DNA from: an uncultured Candidatus Rokubacteria bacterium
GTDB lineage: Bacteria > Methylomirabilota > Methylomirabilia > Rokubacteriales > CSP1-6
Assembly (NCBI GenBank): GCA_963771355.1
Contig: CAVYTA010000006.1
Location: 448,001-512,000, forward strand
DNA length: 64,000 nucleotides
Direction: 5' to 3'
Shown: piece after piece, positions 38,401 through 47,171 of the stretch
Layout: each line of letters starts with the position of its first letter
How positions within the stretch are numbered: the stretch's first letter is position 1
Program-made: the position numbers and the translations under genes
The notes under the pieces: generated by a model
The model's input: only the letters and a program-made list of their open reading frames with translations
The model's database searches: none
Told to the model about the DNA's origin: nothing

Positions 38401-38744
38401 TGGCGGAGGCCCACCTGCGCGCGGGGAGGATCACGGAGGCGCGCGCCACCGCCGAGCGGGCCCTGGCGCTGGCGCGCGCGCACCAGGAGCACGGGTACGA
38501 GGGCTGGGTGCTACGCATGCTCGGCGAGGTCGCCGCGCGCTCCGGCGAGACGGAGCGTGCCGCTGCGCACTTCCGCGCCGTGCTCGCGGTGGCGGAGCCG
38601 CGCGGCATGCGGGCGCTGGAGGCGCATGCCTGGGCCGCGCTGGGCCGGCTGGCTCGCGCGGCGGGAGACCACGCGGAGGCGGAGCGGCTCGACGCCGCCG
38701 CGGCCACCCGCGCCGCCCGGCTGGGGATGGTGGTCGCCCGCTAG
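35412..38744 (+). CDS. Class III adenylate/guanylate cyclase with zinc ribbon, AAA/STAND ATPase and TPR-like repeats
   Basis: CPACG...FCGGCG; VLFADVKGS, GDGIMA, RIGLNSG, HLAARME; FVGRDAEL, GEAGVGKS, LEDLH, GNPLFLEE. Confidence 0.9.
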   Translation: MHGDHGGMPGDQPSRGIPRQGEVGAALGAACPACGFPVEPGSRFCGGCGRMRGDAAPAPRFTAPEAYTPRHIAERILTARGAMEGERKQVTVLFADVKGSLELLADRDPEEARALLDPVLELMMEAVHRYEGTVNQVLGDGIMAIFGAPLAHETHAVRAAYAALRMQESVARVSESLRRTHGAEVQIRIGLNSGEVVVRSIGNDLHMDYTAVGQTTHLAARMEKLARPGSILLSEETHRLTEGYLTVTPRGPIPVRGMAEAVQVYEAVGAGPARSRLQAAAARGLTPFVGRDAELGLLRQALERAGSGRGQMVALVGEAGVGKSRLVRELVQAPWTRGFTVLEGRPVVYRKSTAWAPVLGWLRAYLDLERDADAETVHAKVAARLAGLERGQEAARPAVLSLFEVPVTDPAWTALEPPQRRRRTLDALTHLLLLEARRAPLLLVLEDLHRIDEETQALLDGLVERLPHARLLVVVTYRPEYQHRWGNQAGYTQLRVEPLGSETAGRLLDALLGADPALRPLHGLLVRRTDGNPLFLEESVRALAETEVLTGARGAYGLGRPLAAIQVPRTVQAVLAARIDRLSREGKRLLQCAAVVGRDVPFPVLEAIADLDPDALRAGLAQLQSAEFLHETHLFPELEHAFKHTLTQDVAYGTLLQDTRRALHARIVDAIERLYPDRLVEQVERLAHHALRGGLATRAVAYLRQAGTKAAARSAHRDAVGFFEQAIEALDALPRTREHLELGVDLRFDARASLAPLGLFARNLEHLRRAETLAEALADRRRLGWVGAYLAQSYYTLGDQDAALASARRSLEIAEELGDLPLKVAATTGVGQAYHALGDYAQAQVHLGRAVDALEGDLASERFGMAGLLSVAARVWLVNSLVAVGDFDGAEARALEAMQRAEAVDHPWSVAAAHVALGFAQLARGTLAAAAPVLERGLARARELDLTAWLPMLSCQLGIVYVRQGRVDEGAALLEDGIQRAAALSILSRHSLRHAWLAEAHLRAGRITEARATAERALALARAHQEHGYEGWVLRMLGEVAARSGETERAAAHFRAVLAVAEPRGMRALEAHAWAALGRLARAAGDHAEAERLDAAAATRAARLGMVVAR

Positions 38745-40321
38745 AGGTCGTGGCCCGAGTAGGACAGGTTGAACGACTTGTTGCAGAGCGGAAAGTCCGG
38801 GACGATGTTGTCGAGCACGGCGAGCTCGAGCGCGGGCCAGTTGCGGAACGACGGGTCGACGATCTTGACTCGGCGCAGTGCCTGCGGGCCCGCGGCCCAC
38901 ACCCAGTACCAGACGGGGCCGCGCCACGCTTCCACGCAGGAGACCGCGTCACCGCCCGGGGGCAGCGGCGGGAGCGCGGCCCGCGCGGGACCGTCGGGCA
39001 GGCGTCCGGCCACCATGCTGAAGAGACGCGCCGCCTCGCGTGCCTCGTCGAGACGTACCATGGTCCGTGCCCACACGTCGCCCTGGGCATACACCGCCGG
39101 GGTCACCGCGAGCTCACCGTACGCCGCGAAGGGGGCGTCGCGGCGAAGGTCGGCATCGACGCCGCTGGCGCGCGCCGCCAGCCCCACCACCCCCAGCTCC
39201 CGCGCGAGCTCATGGGAGAGGCGCCCCGTGCCCTGAAGGCGCTCGAGCACGAGGGTATTGCGCAGGCAGAGGCGCGCAATTTCGAGGAACTCCGCCGTGA
39301 TCCGCTCCACGGTGCCCGCCGCCTCCGCGAGCGTGGTCTCCGCCAGGGGGCCGGCGATGCCGCCCGGCACCACCGCCCCTCGCATGAGGCGGTGACCGGT
39401 GAGCCGCTCGTTGAGCCGCAAGAGCTCTTCCCGGAGGCGGAAGCAGTGGGCGTGTCCCCAGGAGAAGCCGGTGTCGTTGACGATCATCCCGACGTCGCCC
39501 ACGTGGTTGTACAGCCGCTCGAGCTCGAGCAGCGCCACCCGCAGCCAGGCCGCCCGCGGCGGCACGTCGCCGCCGGCCAGCCGCTCGAGCGTCTGGGCAT
39601 AGGCGAGCGCGTGCGCCACGCTCTCGTCGCCGGAGACACGCTCCGCCAGCTCCGGCGTGCGCGCGAAGGGGAGCTGCTCGAACAGCTTCTCCGTCCCCTT
39701 GTGGGTGAAGCCCAGGCGCGTCTCGAGGTTGACGATCTCTTCCCCTTCGACGCTGAAGCGGAAGTGGCCTGGCTCGATGATGCCGGCATGCACCGGCCCC
39801 ACCGTGATCTCGAAGATGCCGTCGCCCTCGACCCGCCGGAACGGAAACGGCTGGCCGGCATCCACGAAATCGCGCCGGGGTGCGGCGTCCCGGCGGAGCG
39901 GGTGGTAGCCCTCGGGCCAGAACTGGTGAAGGGTCAGGCGCCGCAGTTCCGGGTGGTCGGAGGGGACGAGACCGAGGAGATCATGGACCTCGCGCTCGAA
40001 CCGGCTCGCCGGGTATGAGCGCGTGGCGAGCGAGGGAAACTGCGGGGCATCGGCGGGCACGGAGACGAGGGCCACCACGAGGGCGCGCGGCGCCAGGGGG
40101 GCGAACACGTAGGTCAGGGTGAAGTCTCCCGTCTCCGGCCGGGTGTCGGTGCCGGCGAGCAGCTCGAGGTCGAGCCCGAGTCGCGCCAGGCGTTCCGCGC
40201 AGGCGGGAATCGCCCCGCGCGGCAGGCGGCAGTGGACGAGCCCGCCGGACCGGACCTCGGCGGCCTCCGCGCCGGCGGCGAGGACCGCCTCGCGCAGGAG
40301 CACGGGGCTGGGCACGCTCAT
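38741..40321 (-). CDS. Ehr/hydrogenase-4-like large subunit (NuoC+D/HyfG-like) lacking NiFe ligands
   Basis: EREVHDLLG, VGPVHAGIIEPGHFRF, HKGTEK, ERVSGDESVAH, ELERLYNH, DPSFRNW, DFPLCNKSFNLSYSGHDL. Confidence 0.88.
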   Translation of the reverse strand: MSVPSPVLLREAVLAAGAEAAEVRSGGLVHCRLPRGAIPACAERLARLGLDLELLAGTDTRPETGDFTLTYVFAPLAPRALVVALVSVPADAPQFPSLATRSYPASRFEREVHDLLGLVPSDHPELRRLTLHQFWPEGYHPLRRDAAPRRDFVDAGQPFPFRRVEGDGIFEITVGPVHAGIIEPGHFRFSVEGEEIVNLETRLGFTHKGTEKLFEQLPFARTPELAERVSGDESVAHALAYAQTLERLAGGDVPPRAAWLRVALLELERLYNHVGDVGMIVNDTGFSWGHAHCFRLREELLRLNERLTGHRLMRGAVVPGGIAGPLAETTLAEAAGTVERITAEFLEIARLCLRNTLVLERLQGTGRLSHELARELGVVGLAARASGVDADLRRDAPFAAYGELAVTPAVYAQGDVWARTMVRLDEAREAARLFSMVAGRLPDGPARAALPPLPPGGDAVSCVEAWRGPVWYWVWAAGPQALRRVKIVDPSFRNWPALELAVLDNIVPDFPLCNKSFNLSYSGHDL

Positions 40322-41760
40322 TCGCCCATCACCGCCGCCAGGCGCTCGAGCGCGGCGGTGAGGCCGGGCGGCCACGCGGTGCCGGTGAGGACGAGGAGCG
40401 ACAGCGCGACGGCCATGGGCGCGGCGCCCTTCCACGTGAGCGTCTCGCGCGCGGGCTCCCGCGCGGAGTCCCCGTAGGCCATGTGGTGCAGCGCGCGCAG
40501 CAGGCCGCCGAAGGCGATGAGCAGGAGGACGAGCCCCAGCGTGGCGGCGAGGCCCCACCCCTCCCGGAAGCCCGCCCCGAAGATCATGAGCTCGCTGATG
40601 AAGAGACCGAAGGGCGGCAGCCCGAGCAGGGCGAGCAGCGCGACCACGAAGCCGCGGCCGGTGACGGGCATGGTGACGAGCAGTCCGCGCACGGACGGGA
40701 TCTCGACGGTGCCGTAGGCGTCGCGAATGCGGCCGGAGAGGAGGAAGAGGACCGACTTGGCGAGCGCATGGTTGCCGAGGTGCAGGGCCGCGCCCGCCAC
40801 GCCCCAGATCCCGCCGAATCCCAGGCCCAGGCACACGAGCCCCAGGTGCTCGACGCTCGAGTACGCGAGCATCCGCTTGAAGTTGGTCGGTGACCAGAGA
40901 AACGCGGCGGCGACCGTCATCGAGGCCAGCCCGAACAGGACGAGCAGGCGCCGCGTGAAGCCGGGGCCGGCGGCCAGGTCCACCACCGTCTTGAAACGCA
41001 GGACCGCGTAGATGCCCACGCTCAGGAGCACTCCGGACATGAGGGCGCTGATGGGCGCGGGCGCCTCGCTGTGGGCGTCGGGGAGCCAGGTGTGCATCGG
41101 AGCGAGCCCCGCCTTCGTCCCGTAGCCGACGAGGAGGAACACGAAGGCCAGCTCGACCACCGGGGCCGGCAGCTGCGGCGCCCAGCGGAGCAGCGTGGTC
41201 CACCGTAGCGCGTGCGCGTCCGCGCCGAGCCGCTGGGCGTCGGCGAAGTAGACGAAGACGGTGCCCACGAACGCCAGCGCGATGCCCACCGAGCAGATCA
41301 GGAGGTACTTGTAGGCGGCCTCCAGGGACGCGCGAGTCCGGTGGAAGTTGACGAGGAACACGGACGCCAGCGTGGTGCCCTCGACCGCCACCCACATGAG
41401 GCCGAGGTCGTCGGTGGTCACCGCCAGCAGCATGGTGAACACGAAGAGGTGGAAGAGCGGGTAGAAGCGCCGCGCGTCCCCGGCCTCCCCGTCGGGCAAG
41501 CCGCCCAGGACCTCGGCCCCGGCCAGGGTGGCCACGATCCCGATGAGCCCCACCATCCAGGCCGAGAGCGCGTCGGCACGGAGGAGCCCGTCGAGCGCCG
41601 TCACCGCGCCGTCGCGAGCCACGCCGGCCACCACCGCGGCGGCGGCGCCGAGGGTGGCGGCCACCGTGGCGGCGTGCACGGCGCGGGCGGCCGGTCCCAC
41701 GGCCCGCCCGAGCAGCGCCGCGCCGGCGAGCGGAGCGAGGAGGAGAACGATCAGGCTCAT
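40318..41760 (-). CDS. hyfF: Hydrogenase-4 subunit F-like antiporter-type membrane subunit
   Basis: WVAVEGTTLAS, LEAAYKY, GYGTKAGLAPMHTWLPDAHSEAP, KRMLAYSSVEH. Confidence 0.88.
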   Translation of the reverse strand: MSLIVLLLAPLAGAALLGRAVGPAARAVHAATVAATLGAAAAVVAGVARDGAVTALDGLLRADALSAWMVGLIGIVATLAGAEVLGGLPDGEAGDARRFYPLFHLFVFTMLLAVTTDDLGLMWVAVEGTTLASVFLVNFHRTRASLEAAYKYLLICSVGIALAFVGTVFVYFADAQRLGADAHALRWTTLLRWAPQLPAPVVELAFVFLLVGYGTKAGLAPMHTWLPDAHSEAPAPISALMSGVLLSVGIYAVLRFKTVVDLAAGPGFTRRLLVLFGLASMTVAAAFLWSPTNFKRMLAYSSVEHLGLVCLGLGFGGIWGVAGAALHLGNHALAKSVLFLLSGRIRDAYGTVEIPSVRGLLVTMPVTGRGFVVALLALLGLPPFGLFISELMIFGAGFREGWGLAATLGLVLLLIAFGGLLRALHHMAYGDSAREPARETLTWKGAAPMAVALSLLVLTGTAWPPGLTAALERLAAVMGE

Positions 41761-42398
41761 CCGCGCAGCTCCCGCAGCCGATCCACGTCGATCGAATCGT
41801 GCTCCCGCCGGATCTGCATCACCATGCCCTCCATGAGGAGGACGATCACGAGCACGTCGAGAAAGACGCCGGCCTCCACCAGGCTGGGCAGGCCGTAGGT
41901 GGCCAGCAGCGCGAGGCCGAAGATTCCGTTCTCGAAGACGAGAAAGCCGAGGACCTGACTCAGCACGTCTCGGCCGGTCACGCAGACGAAGAGGCCGATC
42001 AAGGCCATGGCGAACGCGAGCGGAATGGCGCCCGCCGTGGGCAGGGTGGCGGCGGCGGTGACGGGCAGGATGATCGTGTAGGCGGCCACCACCAGTGCGC
42101 CCGCCACCAGCAGCGCGACGCCGCTCGAGTGGCCGGGTCCGAGCGGGCGCACCGGAGTGCCCGTGGCCATGCGCCACAGGATTCGCGGAATGATCCACGC
42201 CTTGAGCCCGAGCAAGACGATCGCCACGACAAGGAGGGCGGGCTTGCCCGCGAACCAGCCGATGGCGGCGGCGAGGAGCGCGAGCAGCACCGACTGCGCG
42301 ACGAAGAGGCGGAGCCGTCCCGGCCAGCTCTGCCGCCAGACGAGCAGCAGGGTCACCACGAGCGCGAAGAACGTCAGCAGGTTGGTGGTCGCCGTCAC
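41757..42398 (-). CDS. hyfE: Hydrogenase-4 subunit E-like membrane protein
   Basis: KAWIIP, QVLGFLVFENGI, VEAGVFLD, SIDVDRLRELRG; GTG start at 42398. Confidence 0.82.
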   Translation of the reverse strand: MTATTNLLTFFALVVTLLLVWRQSWPGRLRLFVAQSVLLALLAAAIGWFAGKPALLVVAIVLLGLKAWIIPRILWRMATGTPVRPLGPGHSSGVALLVAGALVVAAYTIILPVTAAATLPTAGAIPLAFAMALIGLFVCVTGRDVLSQVLGFLVFENGIFGLALLATYGLPSLVEAGVFLDVLVIVLLMEGMVMQIRREHDSIDVDRLRELRG

Positions 42399-43339
42399 TT
42401 GAGGAGCACCACCGAGGCCACCGACAGGACGGCCAGCGCGAACGACCCGGCGAGCAGCTCGGGCACCCGGAAGAGCCGGAGCTTGGCCACCGCCGTCTCG
42501 AGCACGGCGAGGGCGGCGGCGAGCAGCACGAGCTTGCCCGCCAGCGCCAGCGCGCCCAAGAGCATGGGCAACGCCGCCGCTTCGGTGGGGATCCACCACG
42601 GGAAGAACAGGTTCACGAGGAGGGTGAGGAAGAGGAAGAGCTTCATGGCCCCCGCCCACTGCACCAGGGCCAGGTAGTGGCCGGAATACTCGAGCACCAT
42701 GGCCTCGTGGATCATGGTCAGCTCGAGGTGGGTGGCGGGATTGTCCACCGGGAGCCGGCCGTTCTCCGCGACCATCACGATGAAGAAGGCGAAGAAGGCC
42801 AGGATGTGTCCGGGATGGGCGGCGAGCACGGGATCGCCCCCGATCCGCTCGGCCACGCCCCCGAGGTTGGTGGTGCCGGTACGGATGGCGAGCGCGAATA
42901 CCGCGAGCATGATGGTGGGCTCGGCGAGGGCGGCCACCGCGACGCCCCGGCTCGACCCCATGCCCCCGAAGGCGCTCCCGGAATCGAGGCCGGCGAGGGC
43001 GAGGAAGAAGGTGCCGAGCATGAAGAGATACATGAGGAGGATCACGTTGCCGGCGAAGGCGAGCGCGGGGCGCGTCACGATGACCGGCACCACCGCCGCC
43101 GCCACCAGCATGGTCGCGGCCAGGACATAGGGGGTGACGGCGAACACCCACGAGGTGGTCTCCGAGACCACGGCCTCCTTCTGCAGGAGCTTCGCCAGAT
43201 CGGCGTAGGGCTGCCACGGGCTGGGGCCCCGCCGCCCCACGAGACGGGCCTTGAGGGTGCGGATGAGCCCCACCAGGAGCGGAGCTCCCGCCGCGACCAC
43301 CAGCGTCTGCGCCAGCGCGGCGAGGATGGCGGCGGTCAC
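42395..43339 (-). CDS. hyfC: HyfC/NuoH-like membrane subunit
   Basis: GRRGPSPWQPYADLAKLLQK, FGGMGSSR, ENGRLPVDNPATHLELTMIHEAMVLEYSG. Confidence 0.88.
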   Translation of the reverse strand: MTAAILAALAQTLVVAAGAPLLVGLIRTLKARLVGRRGPSPWQPYADLAKLLQKEAVVSETTSWVFAVTPYVLAATMLVAAAVVPVIVTRPALAFAGNVILLMYLFMLGTFFLALAGLDSGSAFGGMGSSRGVAVAALAEPTIMLAVFALAIRTGTTNLGGVAERIGGDPVLAAHPGHILAFFAFFIVMVAENGRLPVDNPATHLELTMIHEAMVLEYSGHYLALVQWAGAMKLFLFLTLLVNLFFPWWIPTEAAALPMLLGALALAGKLVLLAAALAVLETAVAKLRLFRVPELLAGSFALAVLSVASVVLLK

Positions 43340-45246
43340 GCGAACACCAGGAGGACCAGCAGCGCGGCGAGCACGTAGATGAGGTAGAGGTTCGAGTTGC
43401 CGGACTGGATGGTGCGCACCCGGGCGGTGGCGTGCTGCAGCGCCCGGCTCACGGGGCCGTAGAGCCATTCCTCGGCGAGCCCGCGCGGGAGATTCTCGTA
43501 CGCCATCCGGCGCACGAAGAAGCGCGATTCGGGGTGGTACTCGACCTCGAGCCGCTTCCGGGGCCGATACACGAAATCGAAGATCCGCTTGTACGGGCCG
43601 GCGAAGGAGGCCGCGTTGTACTCCATGCGCGCGGTCTGGAGAAGCCGCCCGCAGCCCCAGGTCGCGGTCCGGCGACGGCCCCGCGGCGCCCCCAACGCCC
43701 AGAGCGCGAGGGTGGGCAGGACCAGACCGAGGCCCAGGGCCAGCGCGATCACCGGCATCGAGAGGCTGGCGAAATCGCCCGCCACCGTGAGGGTGAGGGG
43801 CCACTCCACCAGCACCGGCGTCGGCAGCCCCACCAGGCTCGCCGCCGCCCGGCCCAGCACCGGGAGTACCACCGTGGGAGCCAGGCCCAGCGCGGCACAG
43901 GCGATGGCGAGGAGCACCAGGGCCAGGCGCATCGCGCCGCCCACCTCGTGGGCGCGGGCCGCCGATTCGCTACGCGGGAGCGCGAGAAACGTGATGCCGA
44001 AGGCCCGGACGAAGCAGGCCACCGCGAGGCCGCTGGTGAGCGCGAGCCCGGCGATGGCCAGCGCGAAGACCAGGCTCAGCTCGAGCCGGGGGATCTGGAC
44101 GGTCTGCAGGAGCGCCTGAAAGGTGAGCCATTCGCTCACGAAGCCATTGAGCGGGGGCAGGGCGGCGATGGCCACGGAGCCCACGAGAAAGGCGGCGGCG
44201 GTCCAGGGCATGCGCTTGATGAGCCCGCCCAGCGCCTCCATGTCGCGCGTGCCGGTGGCGTGGACCACCGCGCCGGCGCCGAGGAAGAGCAGCGCCTTGA
44301 AGGCGGCGTGATTGGCCGCGTGGTAGAGGGCGGCGGCCAGCGCGAACACCGCCAGGAACTCGAGGCCGGAGGCGTGGAAGACCATGCCCGCCCCGACACC
44401 GACGAGCACGATGCCCACGTTCTCGATGCTGGAGAAGGCGAGGAGCCGCTTGAGGTCACGCTCGACCAGGGCATAGAGGACGCCCTTCACCGCGGACACC
44501 GTCCCGGCGAGGAGCAGCACCACGCCCCACCAGGCGGGGCCGGGACCGAGCCACTCGAGCCCCGCGCGCAGGAGCCCGTAGATCCCCAGCTTGATCATCA
44601 CCCCGGACATGAGCGCGGAGACATGGCTCGGGGCGGCGGGATGCGCGATGGGGAGCCACACGTGCAGGGGCACCACGCCCGCCTTGCTCGCGAAGCCGAT
44701 GGTGAGGAGGAGCCAGGCCAAGCTGCGCGTGGCCCCGTCCAGGCCCGGGGCGGCGGCCGGCCAGTCCGCGAAGCGCAGGCTTCCCGTCGAGGCGCTCAGC
44801 AGCAGCATGCCGGCGAGCAGACTGGCGAGCCCGGCGTGCGTCATCACCGCGTACACCCACGCCGCCCGCACCACGCCCGGCTCGTCGTGGTCGTGGAGCA
44901 CGAGTGCGTAGGAGGCGAGCGCCATCAGCTCCCACGCGAGGAGAAAGGTCGGCGCATTACCGGCGAGGGGAACCACGCCCATCGCGAGCAAGAAGACGAG
45001 GTAGGAGACACGACCCTTTACCTCTCCCCGGGCCCGGTCCAACGAATAAATCGACGTGGGTACGGAGGTGCCGCCGATGAGGAGGAGGAAGAAGCCGGCG
45101 AGGGGATCCATGCGCAGCTCGAGGCCGCTCAGCGGCACGAGCCACGCAATCTGAACGGACCACTGAGAGCCGAGCAGGCCGGCGAGTCCCAGCCCCGCCG
45201 CGCCGAGCCCGGCCACGGCCCCGCCGACGAGGGCGAGGGAGGACAT
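43336..45246 (-). CDS. hyfB: Hydrogenase-4 subunit B-like antiporter-type membrane subunit
   Basis: WELMALAS, KAGVVPLHVWLPIAHPAAPSHVSALMSG, KRLLAFSSIEN, PPLNGFVSEW, TWGCG. Confidence 0.9.
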   Translation of the reverse strand: MSSLALVGGAVAGLGAAGLGLAGLLGSQWSVQIAWLVPLSGLELRMDPLAGFFLLLIGGTSVPTSIYSLDRARGEVKGRVSYLVFLLAMGVVPLAGNAPTFLLAWELMALASYALVLHDHDEPGVVRAAWVYAVMTHAGLASLLAGMLLLSASTGSLRFADWPAAAPGLDGATRSLAWLLLTIGFASKAGVVPLHVWLPIAHPAAPSHVSALMSGVMIKLGIYGLLRAGLEWLGPGPAWWGVVLLLAGTVSAVKGVLYALVERDLKRLLAFSSIENVGIVLVGVGAGMVFHASGLEFLAVFALAAALYHAANHAAFKALLFLGAGAVVHATGTRDMEALGGLIKRMPWTAAAFLVGSVAIAALPPLNGFVSEWLTFQALLQTVQIPRLELSLVFALAIAGLALTSGLAVACFVRAFGITFLALPRSESAARAHEVGGAMRLALVLLAIACAALGLAPTVVLPVLGRAAASLVGLPTPVLVEWPLTLTVAGDFASLSMPVIALALGLGLVLPTLALWALGAPRGRRRTATWGCGRLLQTARMEYNAASFAGPYKRIFDFVYRPRKRLEVEYHPESRFFVRRMAYENLPRGLAEEWLYGPVSRALQHATARVRTIQSGNSNLYLIYVLAALLVLLVFA

Positions 45247-45755
45247 CAGCGACGGCGGCCGATGGCGTCGAGAAGACCCGCGAGGAGCGCCGTCGGCGAG
45301 GGCGGGCAGCCGGGGATCACGCCGTCCACGGGCACGACGGCGGCGACGCCTCCCACGATGGCATACGAGCCCTGAAAGATGCCGCCGTCGCGCCCGCAGT
45401 CGCCGGCGGCGATCACGAGCTTGGGATCCGGGGTCGCCTCCCACGTGAGGCGGAGCGCCTCGGCCATGTTCAGGGTGACGGGGCCGGTGACGAGGAGGCA
45501 GTCGGCGTGGCGGGGTGAGGCCACGAAGTGCAGGCCGAACCGCTCCAGGTCGTAGTGGGGGCCGGTGAGCCCGCCGATCTCGAGCTCGCAGCCATTGCAG
45601 GAGCCGGCGTCCACCTGGCGGATATGCAGCGAGCGCCCGAAGCGGCGATGCACCTCGGCGCCCAGTCGGGCCCCGATCCCCTCGAGGGCGGGATCATGAG
45701 CCGGGGGCTCGGTGACGATTCCGGCTCGAAGCCCCACACTCAGCTGGCGGATCAT
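45246..45755 (-). CDS. NuoB/HyfI-like Fe-S small subunit (EhrS-like)
   Basis: DAGSCNGCELE, ASPRHAD, AGDCG, IPGCPP. Confidence 0.9.
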   Translation of the reverse strand: MIRQLSVGLRAGIVTEPPAHDPALEGIGARLGAEVHRRFGRSLHIRQVDAGSCNGCELEIGGLTGPHYDLERFGLHFVASPRHADCLLVTGPVTLNMAEALRLTWEATPDPKLVIAAGDCGRDGGIFQGSYAIVGGVAAVVPVDGVIPGCPPSPTALLAGLLDAIGRRR

Positions 45756-45926
45756 CTATTGCAGAGCGTCGGGTCGAGGGACAAGACTCTCACCATCCTC
45801 CACATACCGAATCCGCGAGACGCAGTCAAGTAATCGGCGGCGCCGTGGCAGGGAGTCCGGGACGGACGTGGACAGACGCCTGCATCAGGGAGAGAGGCTG
45901 CTCTGACGACTGGCGAGGAAGGCGAA

Positions 45927-46244
45927 CTAGCGGCGGAAGCCGCGGTCGCCGCCGCGGTCGCGGTCACCGCCGCCCCCGCCGCCGCCCCGCTTGGCTCCGG
46001 TCGATTGCGACCGCTCGACCTTCAGCTGGCGGCCGTCCACCTTCGCCCCGTTGAAGCGGGAGATCGCCGCATCGGCGTCCTCGGGGGTGGCCATCTCGAC
46101 GAACCCGAAACCGCGCGATTGCCCGGTCTGGCGGTCCGTGACGACCGTGGCCGACTCGACACGGCCGGCTTCCGCGAAGATCTCGCGCAGCCGCTCGCTC
46201 GAGGTGGAGAAGGAGAGACCGCCGACGAAGAGCTTGTCCGCCAT
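45927..46244 (-). CDS. RRM-domain RNA-binding protein with Gly/Arg-rich tail
   Basis: RNP2 LFVGGL, RNP1 RGFGFVEM. Confidence 0.93.
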   Translation of the reverse strand: MADKLFVGGLSFSTSSERLREIFAEAGRVESATVVTDRQTGQSRGFGFVEMATPEDADAAISRFNGAKVDGRQLKVERSQSTGAKRGGGGGGGDRDRGGDRGFRR

Positions 46245-46420
46245 GATCGAGCCCCCTGTAGCCGTGCGTGTGACCGGGCGCGCGACGGTGCCGGTCTGAC
46301 GCACCGGGGCGCGGTCTGGAGGGAGTGCGGTTTGTGGTGAACCGACCTTCGCCCAGGCGCCGCCAGTTTACACGACTCCCCGGGGGCCCGCCGGGATTTC
46401 AGGGCCCCTCGGGCCGCTGT

Positions 46421-47038
46421 TCAGGGGCGGCGGGCGAGCTCGATCTGGACGGGCAGCGTCGTGTTGAGGAAGTGGCCGGTCATCCTGTCGCCCTGCACCG
46501 TGAACTGCGCGGAGAACGGCTTCCTGTCCGTCGCTTCCTGGATGTAGACGTCATTGCCGTCGACCTTCACCCAGACCAGGACGCCGACCGAGCCGGCCCG
46601 GCGTAGAGCCCACGGCACGCCCTCGACCGCGCCCGCGTCGCTGACCACCAGCACGCCTTCGCCGCGATCGTCCTTGAGCGCAAACTCGGCCCGCGCCACC
46701 GCCGACCGCGCCGTCTGCGAGAACATTCCGCGCCCGGACCAGCCGCCTTCCCATCGCCCGTTGATCTCGGCCGGCGGCCCGTCGGCAAGCGACCCGTCGG
46801 CAAGCGACTCGGGAAGACCCTTGCCCCACCACTGCTCTTTCTGGGCATTGGCCAGGTCCGCTTCCGTGATCCGTGGCTTCCGCGCGCCGGCATTGCGCGC
46901 CGAGAAGGCCATGTGGCGGTCCGATGCGTATTGCGTCGGGTGGTCCTGCCATGTCTGGCGGTCCTCGGCGGTGGTGCAGGCGGTCGCGAACAGCATCACG
47001 CCCCCCAGCAAGATCGGACGCAGGCAGTGGGTCATCAT
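46421..47038 (-). CDS. Hypothetical lipoprotein
   Basis: GGAGGAGAG-like RBS, ATAC lipobox, INGRWEGGWSG beta domain. Confidence 0.7.
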   Translation of the reverse strand: MMTHCLRPILLGGVMLFATACTTAEDRQTWQDHPTQYASDRHMAFSARNAGARKPRITEADLANAQKEQWWGKGLPESLADGSLADGPPAEINGRWEGGWSGRGMFSQTARSAVARAEFALKDDRGEGVLVVSDAGAVEGVPWALRRAGSVGVLVWVKVDGNDVYIQEATDRKPFSAQFTVQGDRMTGHFLNTTLPVQIELARRP

Positions 47039-47127
47039 CGTGCTCTCCTCCCGGCCGGTACGCGGTGCAAGGCCAGCACCAACCCTACACCCCCATCGAA
47101 TCAAACCTTTCGTATCCAGATAGGGAC

Positions 47128-47171
47128 CCGGATGACAGGCTGACGTCCGGAATGTCAACCGGATGACAGGC
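47128..47171. promoter_or_regulatory. 13-bp direct repeat CCGGATGACAGGC x2 (31-bp period) flanking an imperfect TGAC...GTCA palindrome; candidate operator
   Basis: Copies at 47128-47140 and 47159-47171 in a divergent intergenic region. Confidence 0.45.

Noticed and set aside
35274..40018. Very long alternative-frame and antisense ORFs (e.g. 1072 aa, 1502 aa, and similar ones across the window)
   Set aside because: Expected shadow ORFs of high-GC coding DNA; Arg/Ala/Pro-rich, motif-free and overlapping well-supported genes.
38741..40321. Functional [NiFe]-hydrogenase / formate hydrogenlyase
   Set aside because: Both CxxC nickel-binding motifs are absent and no hyp or fdh genes are present.
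45756..45926. Fluoride (crcB) riboswitch ahead of the hyf-like operon
   Set aside because: GGAGGATGG resembles the start of the motif, but I could not find the pairing strand or the downstream conserved segment; an Infernal search would settle it.
46778..46808. 15-bp tandem duplication as an insertion footprint
   Set aside because: In frame (SLADG twice) in a linker of the lipoprotein; no associated element.
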